Origin: Antedon mediterranea
Lineage: Eukaryota > Animalia > Echinodermata
DNA length: 64,000 nt
Reading direction: 5' to 3'
NCBI RefSeq assembly: GCF_964355755.1
Contig: NC_092674.1
Location: forward strand, 30,380,001 to 30,444,000
Numbering within the stretch: the stretch's first letter is position 1; each line of letters starts with the position of its first letter. The position numbers and the translations under genes are program-made. Shown here in pieces: positions 11,018 to 24,412 of the stretch. The notes below the pieces were generated by a model. The model saw only the letters and a program-made list of their open reading frames with translations. It made no database searches and had not been told where the DNA came from.

Positions 11018-11887
11018 TAATGTAACAAACAACATTATATTTTAATTAATATAAGAAATGTGTATATTAATGTAATTGTAAGTTAAACATGCACATTAGG
11101 GTAACTAATATTTTTTTTAATATAAATAAGATAGGGTGTTTGTCAATAAGAAAAAATATTTAACTAAGTACGTACATTAAAAAATATTTATTATATTTTA
11201 ATGTTGAAAAGTGTTTCTTGTATATAACAAAGTGAAACATGAAATAACTATTTATTTTAGAAATATTTAATATAAAACTAGGCATGGTACTATTAAGTAT
11301 TATTAACAACATTAAAATATTAATAAATAAATTAGGTACTTATTTAATAATCTATTCTTAGGGAAGAAAATGTATTTAATAATATTGTAGAAGTGTCATT
11401 TTTAAGAAAAATATTTATATAAGTATATGTATATGAATACTGTATTGTAATTGTATGGTCTAGCACAGAATACTGTATTGTAATTGTATGGTCTAGCACA
11501 GAATACTGTATTGTAATTGTATGGTCTAGCACAGAATATTGTATTGTATGGTGTAGCACAGAATATTGTATGGTGTAGCGCAGACTATTTCATTGATAAT
11601 ATTAACACTAGAATTACAAATCCAAAATTGTTCAGTTATTTTTGTCAGGGCTTTTGACTTTGAAGTTTGAATGTCATGTTGCGACCCTTTATAAGGTTTG
11701 TTCTAGCAAACTCTGTGTCAATATGTAGTCAATGAGTTAATTATTGTGGAACAGGTTAAACAGAATTAATGTGTTACAAATTATCCATGGATAACTGTAA
11801 TAAGCCATGTGCATGTCAACATACAGTAAAACAATATAACTGATCATCGGAGAATAAATCATAAAAATATGGAATTTTAAAACTTAC

Positions 11888-14800
11888 CGGGTTATAAACA
11901 AATCCATCACTTTTGTCATCAATGAAAACAAGTCTGGTTCCACTAGGATCTGGGAAAAGACTACGGATGCCAACAACATGTCGGAACTCATTCACATACT
12001 GCCAGTCCTCAATGAAGAAGTAGTAAAGCTCACCAGTCTAAAGAAAGAAGTTTAGTTTTAATCATAAGACTAAAGAGCAATAATGAGATATAACATGTAG
12101 TCCAACTTTTATTTATGTTCGCAACAATTTTGCTAACGCTGATACTGTATACACATTTTGAGTTTACCTAAAAAGTGGAGATTTACACAATAATGGCATG
12201 TACATGTGGGAAAATAAGATAAAGTTAATTTTTAAATTGGATCATGAAAAATTAACTCTGTTAAAGATTCTTGATGTCTTTTATATATTTAGGCAAATTA
12301 CCAAGAATAACCACAAGCGAATTCATTCACTATCCTTCTTAAAGGTGGCAATCCTGTTCACAAGAAAAGCATATACACAAGATGCTCTACATAAACAAAG
12401 TCTTTGTCTGAGTTTTACAAATATATAAAAATACATCATAAAAAATGTTTAACAATATAAAAGGTCAACAATTTACAAAGCAAGAAGAGAATGCCCCAAA
12501 ACAGGAGTAAAAAATTAAAATCAAACATATTGCAAATCATCAATTACGTTAAAATTTTTGTTAAAAAAAAAAATAAAAATTATTAACACCTACAATTAAA
12601 TAATTTGTACTACTGTCTGTCTGAGCCAAGAAGCTTGTAATATGACACTGATATATTAAGCAAAATTGGAATTTTAGAATAACATAAAATGTACGTACAT
12701 CAGTGCCAAATATGAGGAACTCTGGAGTGAGACAATGGCAGAGAACCTTGCCATCATTGTCCTTGCCTGGAAACAGTCTTGTCTCACGCTCTTCACTTGT
12801 GCTTCCACTTTCTGTTTCAATCTGAAATTAAACCATAACATAAAGCAATGTAATCACATTCAACAGTGAAGAAATAATGTACTTTTAAAAATGGTTTTAG
12901 GCATGACAAAAATCTTAACCCAACCAGAATTACCTTACCTTATTCGTTCGTAATAATAAATAAATCTTTTGGTCACAGATTTTTATTTCATCTACAGTTT
13001 CCTTTGATTTATTTCAAAGTATTTCTGGTATTATTAATAAATCATTTAATAATCACAATTAAAAACAATTGGCCTTCAAAAAATTATGAGGTTGTGTCCC
13101 CTAATACCCTTGATAAAAGCTAGTGCCACCTCAAATAAAAATATTGTCTCACCAGATGCAACTGGACTTGGTTTTCAAATGCCACTGCTACGTAATCAGC
13201 GTTCAATGACATACTGACTATGGTTCCAAGATACTCACGGTCCTTCAGTTTCTCAGGCCCTGCAATTAAAGTAGTTTGTCATATAATTTGCAATTGTGAT
13301 ATTCATATTTGAACACAAAACATAATCCTCTACATAAAGTAAATTTTATAGACTTAGGGAGTCGAGTGAAAATCATAAACCTAACTCAAAAAGGAACTGA
13401 ATGGCTTGGAAGGCAAGTGCCTTTTAAGCTAAAGTTACTTATTATTTTTATTTATTTTCAGTTACATTCAACACCAGGAAACCCGCTACTAAATTTAATA
13501 TTATGTGAATATATTTATAATTATAAAAAAAATCTGTTATTAATAATTAGACATAAAAAAAGATATTAATTATGATTTGAAAATGAATAAACTCTTGACA
13601 TTAAAAACAATAAAATATAAAACTATTTTAACTAAAAATATATTTTATTGAAAACCATTTTTAAAAATCATGAAAATATTTATGTTAATTTTAAATTCTT
13701 TGAATTTATTAGTAACAAAATTAAATGAATGAACATAAAACAAGACTTCTTATTGTTAATGTTTTTTAATGAATACAGAAAAAATTTGAAAAAATGAAAA
13801 TCAAAGTATTAAACTTTTAACAAATATCCAAATCAATGAAATAACTGTATAACACAGATTGTCTTGCAAGGTCACTCACAGAACTGGACAAACAACTGAA
13901 AAAGAGACCCTGTGTCTGCTTCCTCTAAAGTAAGATGATTAAAAAGTTTGTTTATAATATTTTTAAGTAGGAAAAAGGAAAGTATTGCTCATTCAAATAA
14001 AGACCACTATAATGTTATTAATAACATTGGCATCACTGATGAAGACAAATGTAGTCACAGTCAGTTGACTGAGTTTTTTTTTTTTTACTTTATGTCTTTA
14101 GGCATGTGGCCAAGGATTACCAATAGTAAATTAATCACTGTCCTATCAGATAGGTTGTAATCCCCCTGGTACAAGGGCTATTTTTGTGAACCAGTTCACC
14201 GGGGTACCCCCTACACTTCTCGAATAATGAACTGGGTTCTTTAAAGTGCACACAGGTTATAACTGTACTGGACCTTCGGTTTATAGTCCTTATCCGAGAA
14301 GACTTGTTCCACCACCAAAACTAGGAGTGAGTCGGCCTCGAACGCTTTCCAATGTTGTTGGCTCTTTAGGTGCGGTAAACAACGCCTCTGCCTTAACCGC
14401 TCGGCCATTTGACTCGACCTAACTAGATCAGGTCAATTGATGTGTTATCAGTTGTCGTCTAGACCTACTGTAGAAACAATCACAACTGTGTGGAGGTGGG
14501 GAGCGAGGACACGCGTCCTAATATCCTCACATGCGCAGAAAGAATTGATATGACGCACCTTGATCATCAATCATAACTGTGTGGAGGTGAGGAGTGAGGA
14601 CATGCGTCCTAATATCCTCACCTGTGCAGAAAGAATTGATATGACGCACCTTGATCATCAATCACAACTGTGTGGAGGTGAGGAGTGAGGACATGCGTCC
14701 TAATATCCTCACATGCACAGAAAGAATTGATAACGACGCACCTTCATCATCAATCACAACTGTGTGGAGGTGAGGAGTGAGGACATGCGTCCTAATATCC

Positions 14801-17800
14801 TCACATGCGCAGAAAGAATTGATACGACGCACCTTGATCATTGGTTGTCATATTTTAAAAGCTCAATACTGTATACTACTGTAATCACATACTGGAAATG
14901 TTGAATAACAAATGGTAATAATGTTTACATAATGATTGCCATGGAAATTGTTATGAATATTATGACAATGCAGATAAAAAGCAAATACCAATCTATGATA
15001 CTTCAATTACATCATAATTTTAAACTATTATTTTGTTCAACCACTTATTAAATGAATACCTACATATGATCTTTACCAATAATAATATATAAACTTTGTA
15101 ATAATTCTAGACTTTAATTCATTGTGATGAGGACATAGACTGGTAAATTGCTGTTAATGTTGTTAATGCAATTTCTCCCAGTACAATCCTACCCCTCATT
15201 TTTATTAACAAAATGTTATACCATGAGACTATTGTACATACAGTACAGTATTAAAAGAAATCACACTTATCCTATAAAAAATGAAATGGATAGATTATAT
15301 ACACGTGAAATTTGACAGCAAGGTGCAGTACAACAAATAACACTTGTGGTCAATAGGATGGTGATATTGGTTGAAGGTTAATTAAAATATGTGATATATA
15401 GGAAAACATGAAGGCAGATGTTAGGTACAGTTGGTTGACTTATGCATTTTCAGTAGAAACCCTTCTTTGAGACACACCTACACCTCCCCCCCCCCACAAG
15501 ATGTGGGGGGGGGGGGGGGGTGTTACTATATTTTATCACACTACAGACAACCCATATTTAGAGAACATTCTTATTAAGAGGGACACTTTTGTTAGGTGCT
15601 GAAGTGTCACCTTAATTAGGAATCTACTTTTTAAGCAGTAATGACACTCAATAATGGTATATCTGAAATCTTTTATTAAAGCACATGGTTCCTTTGATAG
15701 TGGTATGGCTCCACTTGTCTTATTTGCATCCTGTATAAAATGTTATTATAATTAAATGCAATGTTAACAATATTGTCATGAAAGTGTGTGTATTGATATT
15801 AAAAATCACACACGTGAAAAGGCACTTGATTCCAAACAAAAAACTTACATGTTGAAGAGTCCTCATATTCATCTAAAACGAACACAAAATTATGATGTAT
15901 TACACATTTTGTAATGGGTAAAATCTCAATCATTGAACCACTTTATATGTTGGTATATTGAAGATGGGCCACTAAACTTTAAGACTATGTAAAAATAAAG
16001 TCACATGGTAAACTGAAATAAAAAGACTTAAAGTAGATTATTCCTACCTTTTGTCCCAAGTACATAGAACCAGGCTCTGTTGTTCATGCCAACTACAAGA
16101 TGATACGGACCAAGGGCAACAAATGTTGGTTCGACCTCTATGCTGATCGGGAAAGCTGGTTCCTGAAAAAGTATGAAGATGTAGTTATACAGTGCACAGA
16201 TGAGCGACAAAATGCCAACAAAGTTTTCTTATAATAACGTTTGACAGGTGTTCTAAAAGTGTTCCGTCTTCCGTGAAAATAAAGGATATCTTAAATACAA
16301 AATGGTTCCTTTAAGTCTGTTTTCCATTAGTGAATATATTTGCGCGAATCAAACATTCCTGATTTATGATTGGTTGCGCATTTTTCCACGTCACAAAAAG
16401 TAGATGAAAATATCAATACGCAATAAATTCGGCTAGTGGAAAACAAGCTTTGAATAATAATAATGTTCAATTTATATAGCGCGAAATGCAGAGTGCCTCT
16501 AAGCACAGAACATTCAACAAAAAATCTAAACAGCACACAATTAATTAATGTTGAAAGCGCAAATTAAAAATGTGGGATTTAACATAACTTCAATTAAAAC
16601 AAACAATAAATGCTAAATTGTCTATAGTACAGATAATAAACAAGAACATTGCGGTAGGATTTACAAGATATCTTGTCTATAATACAGATAATAAACAAGA
16701 ACATTGCGGTAGGACTGGTCTAACTGACAAAAAAATATCATTTTAAAACTTTATTTATTCTTATTCTTTACCTGGTCAACATGGTTGACAACAGTGACTT
16801 CTAGTAATGATGTGAGGTAAGCAATACGGGTTCCCCATGCATCTCCCAACACCGGTAACTTTGTAAGATATACATGGACACTGCCTCTAGTGGAGCTGAC
16901 CGCTAGCAATTGTCCATCATCAGTCCAGGCCATCTTACCCAAGCCTTTAGTCTCATCTTCCAACTCAACAATAGCATACATTTCTTTCAGCTCACTTAAG
17001 TCATGGATTTTAATGCTGTAAGATCATCATATTATTTAAACATTGTACATACACACTTATATGATTTTGATGATGAGTAAACATATTCGTAAGACGACGT
17101 TTGTTTGAATGCTGACAGTAAGCTTTTTAAGTCGTTTTGTAACTGTGAAGCTAGATGTAACTGCTAACATGTTTTACAACTTGTTTATATGATAAAAATA
17201 TATTTTTGCAACTCTCTCTCTCAAATCAATGACAAGTATAAATTCTATAAATAAACCAAAAAGATGAACTCTTCACTTACGTGTTATCTCCACATGATGC
17301 GGCTTTGTTAAGTGACAACGAGATGGCGATTGACGTTAAATTGTTTTTGTGGTTACGAGCTTGGAACAACTCTTGTCCGATCTCACTTATATGTGTTGAG
17401 ATCACAACCAGGTAGCCATTGGAAAATCCTATCATAATGTAACCATCACCATACCTATAGTGAAGAAACAAATTGTTTTTATTTAAAATTTTCCTATTGT
17501 CCAGCGCTTAGAGAGGCATTTTGAGCTATATAAATTGAACATCATTATTATATTTACATGTATTAAATTCCAATTTTATGACTATAACAAAAAATCCTTT
17601 CAAGACACAATAATAATTAATTGAACACACATTTATTGGCAGCATTGGCTTGCCATACATGTTCTTACCATTTATATCCAACAACATTGCCATAACGAGG
17701 CTGAAACGCAAGCTCAATCGGGTTATCAGAGTCATTTAGGTTGTACAGGAATATGGTTTTATGACCACAACATATGCTTACCTATGCAAAGAAATATACA

Positions 17801-20800
17801 AATTGAAATTAGAAAAATTCTTATATAAGTAAAGCTCTGTCTACACTATCAAACTAGTTTGACAAAAATGTGATGTGCCTAAATATGGTAGTGATATGAT
17901 ATCATCATGTCCATATATGGGCACATCACATTTTTTTGTCGCATAAAGTTTGATTTATATTTTGTTTCAGTTCTGTGCTATTTGTTATTTGTCTTCTATG
18001 TGTTATATGACAATACTATAACGTATGGTGAGAGTCATTAAAGAATTATTGAATGATAGTGTAACAGAAAGGTAACAAGTTACAAAAAGTAAACAAATGC
18101 TAGACAAATTAAGAGAGAAATTAAGTAATTTGTGTACTCACTGTATTTTCACCATTGGGGCTTCTTTCATCAACTTTCATTTCTGAAAATTGAATATCAT
18201 GAGGTTCTGAACGAAGAGGTGTCTAAAGAAAAAAAAAGGATTAATTCAAACAGGTAGTGGATTATTCAAAATTGAAGTAACCACCACACATCTTTACCCA
18301 TAAACCTGGCTAAACATGTGGCTTAAGTCATCGTTGACATATAGTAATAGCTGACAGGGTACAACTTTTCAAGCAAAGAGTCTGTAGTTATAAGCCGGTT
18401 GTAGCTGGCTAATAGGGAGGTTTCGCAATCTTACGAATACGATAACGAAAACGGATACGTCACGCACACGTATTCGTTTTTCGTAAGCCAGTAACATTTT
18501 GTTTCGCATGGAAACAAATTATTGAGGGCGCCGTCCAAAATATGACTGCGGTAAATTTGAGCGAAGCGCAGGTACGTGTTGCTTGGTGCTTGGCTGCCTA
18601 GGCCTAGCGTAACATCAAAGCGAGTGAGGACTTTAAAAACTGCTATTTATCAAAATTGACCTGGCAATTTAGTAAATTACTTTAGTAAATTACTTTCAAT
18701 AAAAGTATAATTATATTGTAATCATGAATCATTCCTGATTCAAATGCAAAATGTGCAAAATAGATCAAAAACTATACTTGTTTTGTAGTTACGAATATGA
18801 CTGGTGATATTCGTCAACACGAATACGCTTTACGAATATGAAATGGGGATCAGCTCAAAATGTGTGACGTACTGTATCCGTTTTCGTTATCGTATTCGTA
18901 AGGTTGCGAAACCTCCCTATTATATTCATTCTATTTACTTTTATTTCAGATAGTACATCCATATACAAAATATACAAAAAAGATAACAAATTTCACCAGG
19001 AAATTAACAATAGCATGTTCCACCTTAAATTTCCTAAAATATCAACGCTGATGTACAGTAGTTTGGAATACTGTAGTCATAATCATGGTATGTTTATTTT
19101 TCCATTCAAAAGAATTAACAGAAATTTGATTTCCAAACTGGCATATCAAATATATAAACAAAACAGTAAAAAATAAACAGAAAATTGCACCATGACATTA
19201 ACTATGGTTTTCATAATTAGCTTATTACAACTATGATGAATTCTGTTCTTAAAACTATGAATGGAGTTCGTCCAATATTCATAAAAATGAAACATCATGC
19301 TTGCGCTATTATAATATGTTAACATATTTAAGTGTGCCTACCTGCTTAATTGTATCACCCTCCTGGTTACTGATTGATATAGACTTATCTTCACTACCAA
19401 GACATAGTAGGTTCTTATTGTTCCAGGCACCACAGGTTATTTTTCTGGTGTGTTTGCCAAGAATTGGAACTTTCCTGAAATGTTCATAAAAAAAAAAACA
19501 AGATGAATAAACTAAACATAGATAATAAAAATAAATTAAACAATACAAATTGAATACAGTATGTTTGAAGAAAATTATATTATTACCATATATAACCGAG
19601 AACAGTCCCAATAAGGCTTGGGTATGAAATTGGGAGTTACACATGGAGTTTTATTGAGTACATACCTTGAGGTTTGGTGGTTATATATAAGGAGATTGCC
19701 TTTGCTGGTACCAACAGCTAATTGTGGTCCAATTCTTGACCATCGGACAAAGCTGAGGCCATCTTTGAACCCACTGTCCAGTTGAGATGTCTTGTGACTG
19801 TTAGCATCCCAAAGAAAGATGACTGGGCTACGTTCACAAACCACGGCTAAGGTGTCACCATCTTTGTCCCATTCAAGGCTGTTGCAAATGCTACACAAAA
19901 AAATAGGTCACAAATAATATTTATGGTTAGAACAATGACAGATAGATAATATATTTTTTCCTATATAAAATAAATGAACTACAGTGTATGAAAGCATTTT
20001 TTACGTTGTATTCAGTCTAATCAAATGAAGTGATCAATGATCAAGAAGAATAATAAAATACTTTTATTGTAAAGATTTTATAACTGGTTATGACGTAATT
20101 CTATTGTATTTTAAAAAATATATTTTTTTTAAAGACAGTATGCTGTAATTTTGCCACCAGCACTATCAGGAGAGTCTTCTACAGCGATATTTTTGTTTTC
20201 TGACAATCCGCCAGGATAGTGTCCTGTGTTTTCCTATGCTTGTTTTTGTTTTCTGACAATCCGCCAGGATAGTGTCCTGTGTTTTCCTATGCTTGTTTTT
20301 GTTTTATGTAATTTTTGCTTTGTACTGTTTTTTTTATTGTATTTCTTTTTCTGGGAAATAAATGAATATGAATATGCATGGTTATTCCATAGTTCAAGGA
20401 TGAAAACTTTTCTAATTTCCTATTTTTGCTTCTTAGCATAAATAAACAGGCCTCTAAGCTTTTGTAGTATGTTAAGGTACAGTACTACAGACAGTACTCT
20501 AGCCTATCGTCAACTCTCGTCAAACTGTCGAGAGAAAAAAACATTAGCAAACTTTCTTTTGGTTGGGTAGTAGAACTTAAAATAATAACTTTACCCAGGA
20601 AGGTTAATTTCATCAACAAGTTCTCCATGTCTGTCAAACAAGTTGACGGTGTTACTGGTGCCAGATGATGCCAAGTAATTGCCAAGTGTTTTCTGCCATT
20701 CAAACTTTACTGCACCCGTTCCATTTGTTTTTTCTGTGATTTGAAAAACTCTCTGAAAAATTAAACAAGGAACACCACTAATGTATATAGGCCTATAAGC

Positions 20801-21063
20801 TATTTCTTTCTTTTGTTTTCAAATCATGATAATTCATTGAGGATTCAATTAGCTAGGCCCAACTATGTTAGGCCTAACCATGTTTGTGTTGGTTGCTAAA
20901 CCTACAAGCGTCCTCGAGCCGCCGTACGGGCGTAAAGAGAAGAGAGTCACTTTCATTCATAGATAGCCTAGAAATATAATCGATCAAAAATTGTTTACAA
21001 AATAGGAGTTTATATCATTAGCTTTTACTAAAGTAGTAAAATCATTATATTTTATACCTTCAT
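11888..21063 (-). CDS. WDR19: WD repeat-containing protein 19 (IFT144), first 12 coding exons; gene should continue beyond the left edge
   Basis: Exons ~21058-21063 (MK), 20595-20752 ([12 protein letters not shown]...FDRHG), 19666-19890 ([10 protein letters not shown]...[11 protein letters not shown]), 19342-19474 ([15 protein letters not shown]), 18142-18222, 17669-17781, 17281-17454, 16772-17016, 16048-16162 ([10 protein letters not shown]), 13154-13260, 12719-12821 and 11888-12037 (FIEDWQ...[23 protein letters not shown]). All show GT-AG boundaries and are colinear with vertebrate WDR19. Confidence 0.95.
14160..14415 (-). mobile_element. Deu-domain tRNA-derived SINE (copy)
   Basis: The reverse complement has TGGCCGAGCGGTTAAG ... 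TCTTCTCGGATAAGGACTATAAACCG ... GTGCACTTTAAAGAACCC, matching 31281-31625. Confidence 0.75.
14479..14842. repeat. Tandem repeat, ~91-bp unit x4, within a dispersed element
   Basis: Units start at 14479, 14570, 14661 and 14753. The 5' flank (AGGTCAA...CAGTTGT...GACCTA) plus one degenerate unit recurs at ~58420-58600. Confidence 0.85.
18410..18922. mobile_element. MITE with ~55-bp terminal inverted repeats (Harbinger/ISL2EU-like termini)
   Basis: TAATAGGGAGGTTTCGCAATCTTACGAATACGATAACGAAAACGGATAC...GTATCCGTTTTCGTTATCGTATTCGTAAGGTTGCGAAACCTCCCTATTA. Confidence 0.8.
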
Positions 21064-22699
21064 CTTTACAAAACCTAGAATTCATTTAATTTTCCAGGTT
21101 TTTGCAATTGTTTTTCGTCGTGGTTTTTGTTTTGTCGTCTGATAATTTGTTTATTGAGTAGCTATGTTAATATGGCACGCACAAAGCGCAAAAATCACAC
21201 ATCCATATATACGGCGCGCCTCCTATAATCTGGGTCTATGCACTTTTTAGAAGACATTTAAAGAAGATATCCAAATCCTAAAAGAAAGCCTTATTTTAAA
21301 ATGGTGCTGGAATTTAGCTCAAATTAAATAAAAGAGAAATTATTGGTCCTTTGGGAACATCTAAATTACGCGCTTGCTCTTTGATTAATTTGGCCTATAA
21401 AGTAAGCTACGGTCTTATATCAGACAATACCTGATTCAGTGTTCTAGTTTGATCATCATCCCCATATAGTTGTCGTCTGTATTCGTGACGTCGTCGAGTG
21501 TTCATCACTGCTTCCACATGTTTACTCCTGGAAGGTTCGCGTTCAGAATTGCCAGTTTGCGTTATATTAGCCATGGTAAACTAATTCGTCAATAATCCAT
21601 GATTTTAATGGCTATATATATTTACTAGTAATGCGGTCAACCAACATCATCATATTATTATCTTATGCATCAATCGCCATAAATGATAATAATGCAGCAC
21701 TTGACCTCCCGTTTGAACTTAGTGAAATGTGTAAGCAAGTTTCAGTATATTATTTTTGAACAAAGAAATTAATCAGTCTTCACTATAAGGCCTACTATTA
21801 ATAATGCGCTGAGATGAGAGATGCTTATGATGATATCAAAAGGACTTTGTACGACGCTAAAAGAGAAATGCTCTTTAACGATCAACGTCAAATCCCAACA
21901 GTCAAAAATCAAAATATGTCGATAACTTCTTTAGATCATTCATCAATAAACCTGCCTATTTGTTCGTCATCGTCTCTCTAATTTTCAACGCACGAGAATC
22001 ATCGTTGAGTGCAAAATGGCAGCAAATGCAAGATCATCAGCAGAAACACGCACACACACGTCACGCGCACACGTCACATACACGACGACACAAGTTAATA
22101 ACTGCAATTTGCCTGATTTCGTTTGTATTGCTCATAATATCGAGTTGGTAAATGGTTGACGTTTAAGTAATATTAATATTCTTAAGTACACGTTCATTAC
22201 GGACAACATAATCAATAGCGTTATTCATTTCCTACACTGATTGACTTGTCCTCACTTTATGCAAATCAATACTTCATTGTAACTTACAAGAATACGGTTT
22301 ATTCTACCACAATTGAAACACTCGTTTTGAAAACAACAAATTGTGTATCATGCAAAATTGCCATTACTAATTACAAAACGAGGTGATCCAAATTCGGTTG
22401 CATAGCAACACAATGCCTTGGGTAATTATAGTGGAGAATACAATATTGTTATTATAGTATGAGCAACCATGAATTTATGACAATTATTACCTTGAAACGG
22501 TCTGTTCAACACGGATGCTATTTTTTGATACAGACCTATTTAGGAAAAAAAGAAAAACAAAGTGATGGATCAACATAATTTATAGGAGGCAATTATATCT
22601 TGTCATGGTTGAAAAGTGCATAGGCCTATACAATAAGGCTATCCCTTTATATTTTGATTTTAGGGCTTATAAAATAAATCTACGTTTTGCAATATTTAA

Positions 22700-23034
22700 A
22701 GATGTATTGTCCCCCAAAAACATAAAAAATGAAGATTAATTAAATCAGACTTTGAATATGTTATTTTGTAGTTTTAATAAAGTTATTCACTTCCATAGAA
22801 AAAAAAAATGTTTTCACTTGTAAAATGACAACATAAATGGTTAAATTCAATCAAAAATCCATTGTCTGGCAGCCAATTTGACCATTTTTTGCTTTAAATT
22901 ACATTTTTTTCAGGTAAATACATTTTTTTTCGATCCAAATTTTGGTCAAAGTGGATAACTATTATGTTACATTAAAATGGAATATTCAACAAAAAATGTT
23001 TTAAGAATTATTTTTTCAGGGGGACAATACATCT
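22700..23034. mobile_element. Kolobok-like non-autonomous DNA transposon
   Basis: TTAA|AGATGTATTGTCCCC...GGGGACAATACATCT|TTAA: TTAA target duplication with 5'-RR termini. Confidence 0.8.
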
Positions 23035-23253
23035 TTAAAGGGTACGCGCATTATATTATTACATTTCATTTGAATATTGTTTTCCTGTATTTTTTCTGTA
23101 TTTGCCAATTGGTTCGATCAGTATTTCTTTTTATTATTTCAAACGGTAGAATTTATTTTAATTATGCTTTTTCAACAGTGCCGAAATACCTAGTCAGTTG
23201 GAAGAGCAGCGCATTTTGTATAATTATTCAGCGAAAAATATAACAGCGCATAC

Positions 23254-24184
23254 ACGGCCGGACGCGATTTTTTTTTTCGTACATAAGTTGGGGACCCCCC
23301 TCATGAAACGTCACAAAATAAACATGAATAATTCATCAGTTAAATTTTCTTCTTCCGTGTGCACCCAAGCGTATAGCAACAAGAAGTGATTACACAAGAA
23401 GTGCGGTACGATTCTAGGCCTATCTCCGCTGTTGTTGCGCCGTGCGATTTCATAGAAGAATAGCGACGTTTTGTGTGGATTGTCGAAATAATCAGCCTTT
23501 AGTTTATGGTGTTTTTAATATAATTTATTACTAAAGAATTACGTGTTAAAATTATAGTTTCTATTAATACTATTAGGCCTAATTATTAGTCTCTAAACCC
23601 ATGTCTATTCTAGGCCTAGTAGTAGCTGTGTGGGTGTGTGTGACGTGTGTGTGTATGACACAATCCGAGTAGTAATAAGTCAGCAAAATTAAACAATAAA
23701 CATTACACAAAAATACATTTTTTATTCTCGTGGGTCTAATCTTCCCATCTCATGTGTTCATATACGCACATTTTTAAAGTTCCTTTGAGTACATGCATAT
23801 TGTTTGATAATAAAATAGCAGAATTAAAAAAATACAGTACACAAATTATACACATTCTTTATTCTTGTGGGTCTAAGCTTTCTTTGGGCTATGTCCAATT
23901 AATTACTACTTAGTTTAATGTCTTGCCTAGCTGTCGATTAGCCTCGACTCGACACATTTTGTGTGAAGAAGAGTGCGCGAAGGCAATCACGTGAATTGAC
24001 CTAGAATCCTAGGCCTACTGTAGAAATAAAGTATCGTATCGCAGTTGTGTAATCACTTCTTGTTGCTATACGCTTGGGTGCACACGGAACAACAAATTTA
24101 ACTGATGAATTATTCATGTTTATTTTGTGACGTTTCATGAGGGGTCCCCAACTTATGTACGAAAAAAAAAATCGCCGGCCGGAC
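23254..24184. repeat. Long inverted repeat (~170-bp arms, ~580-bp spacer), foldback element between the WDR19 and NARS2 starts
   Basis: 23254-23425 (CGTACATAAGTTGGGACCCC...CATGAAACGTCACAAAATAAACATGAATAATTCATCAG...) is mirrored at ~24005-24184. Confidence 0.85.
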
Positions 24185-24412
24185 ACAAAATCAAAATCGG
24201 TCCCTCGTTGAATAAAATGGTTATTATTGTACTCGTATTTCTTAATTATAAAACACTTTGATAATAAATAAAATAAAAAAAAATATTAATAATTATCAGT
24301 TTTATAAATTACAAAGTCTCTTTAGATTCTAAAGTTTAATAATTAAAATTAAAATTTAATAAATAATTCTATTACGTACAAAGTTTTCAGCAGACGACGA
24401 ATATACCGAAAC

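Noticed and set aside
21400-22200. Moderately GC-rich stretch upstream of WDR19 as a hidden gene
   Set aside because: No sustained ORF, splice pattern or recognisable motif; it may be a decayed repeat or promoter sequence.
23198-24186. Two ORFs sharing PLMKRHKINMNNSSVKF as duplicated genes
   Set aside because: They are the two arms of a non-coding inverted repeat.
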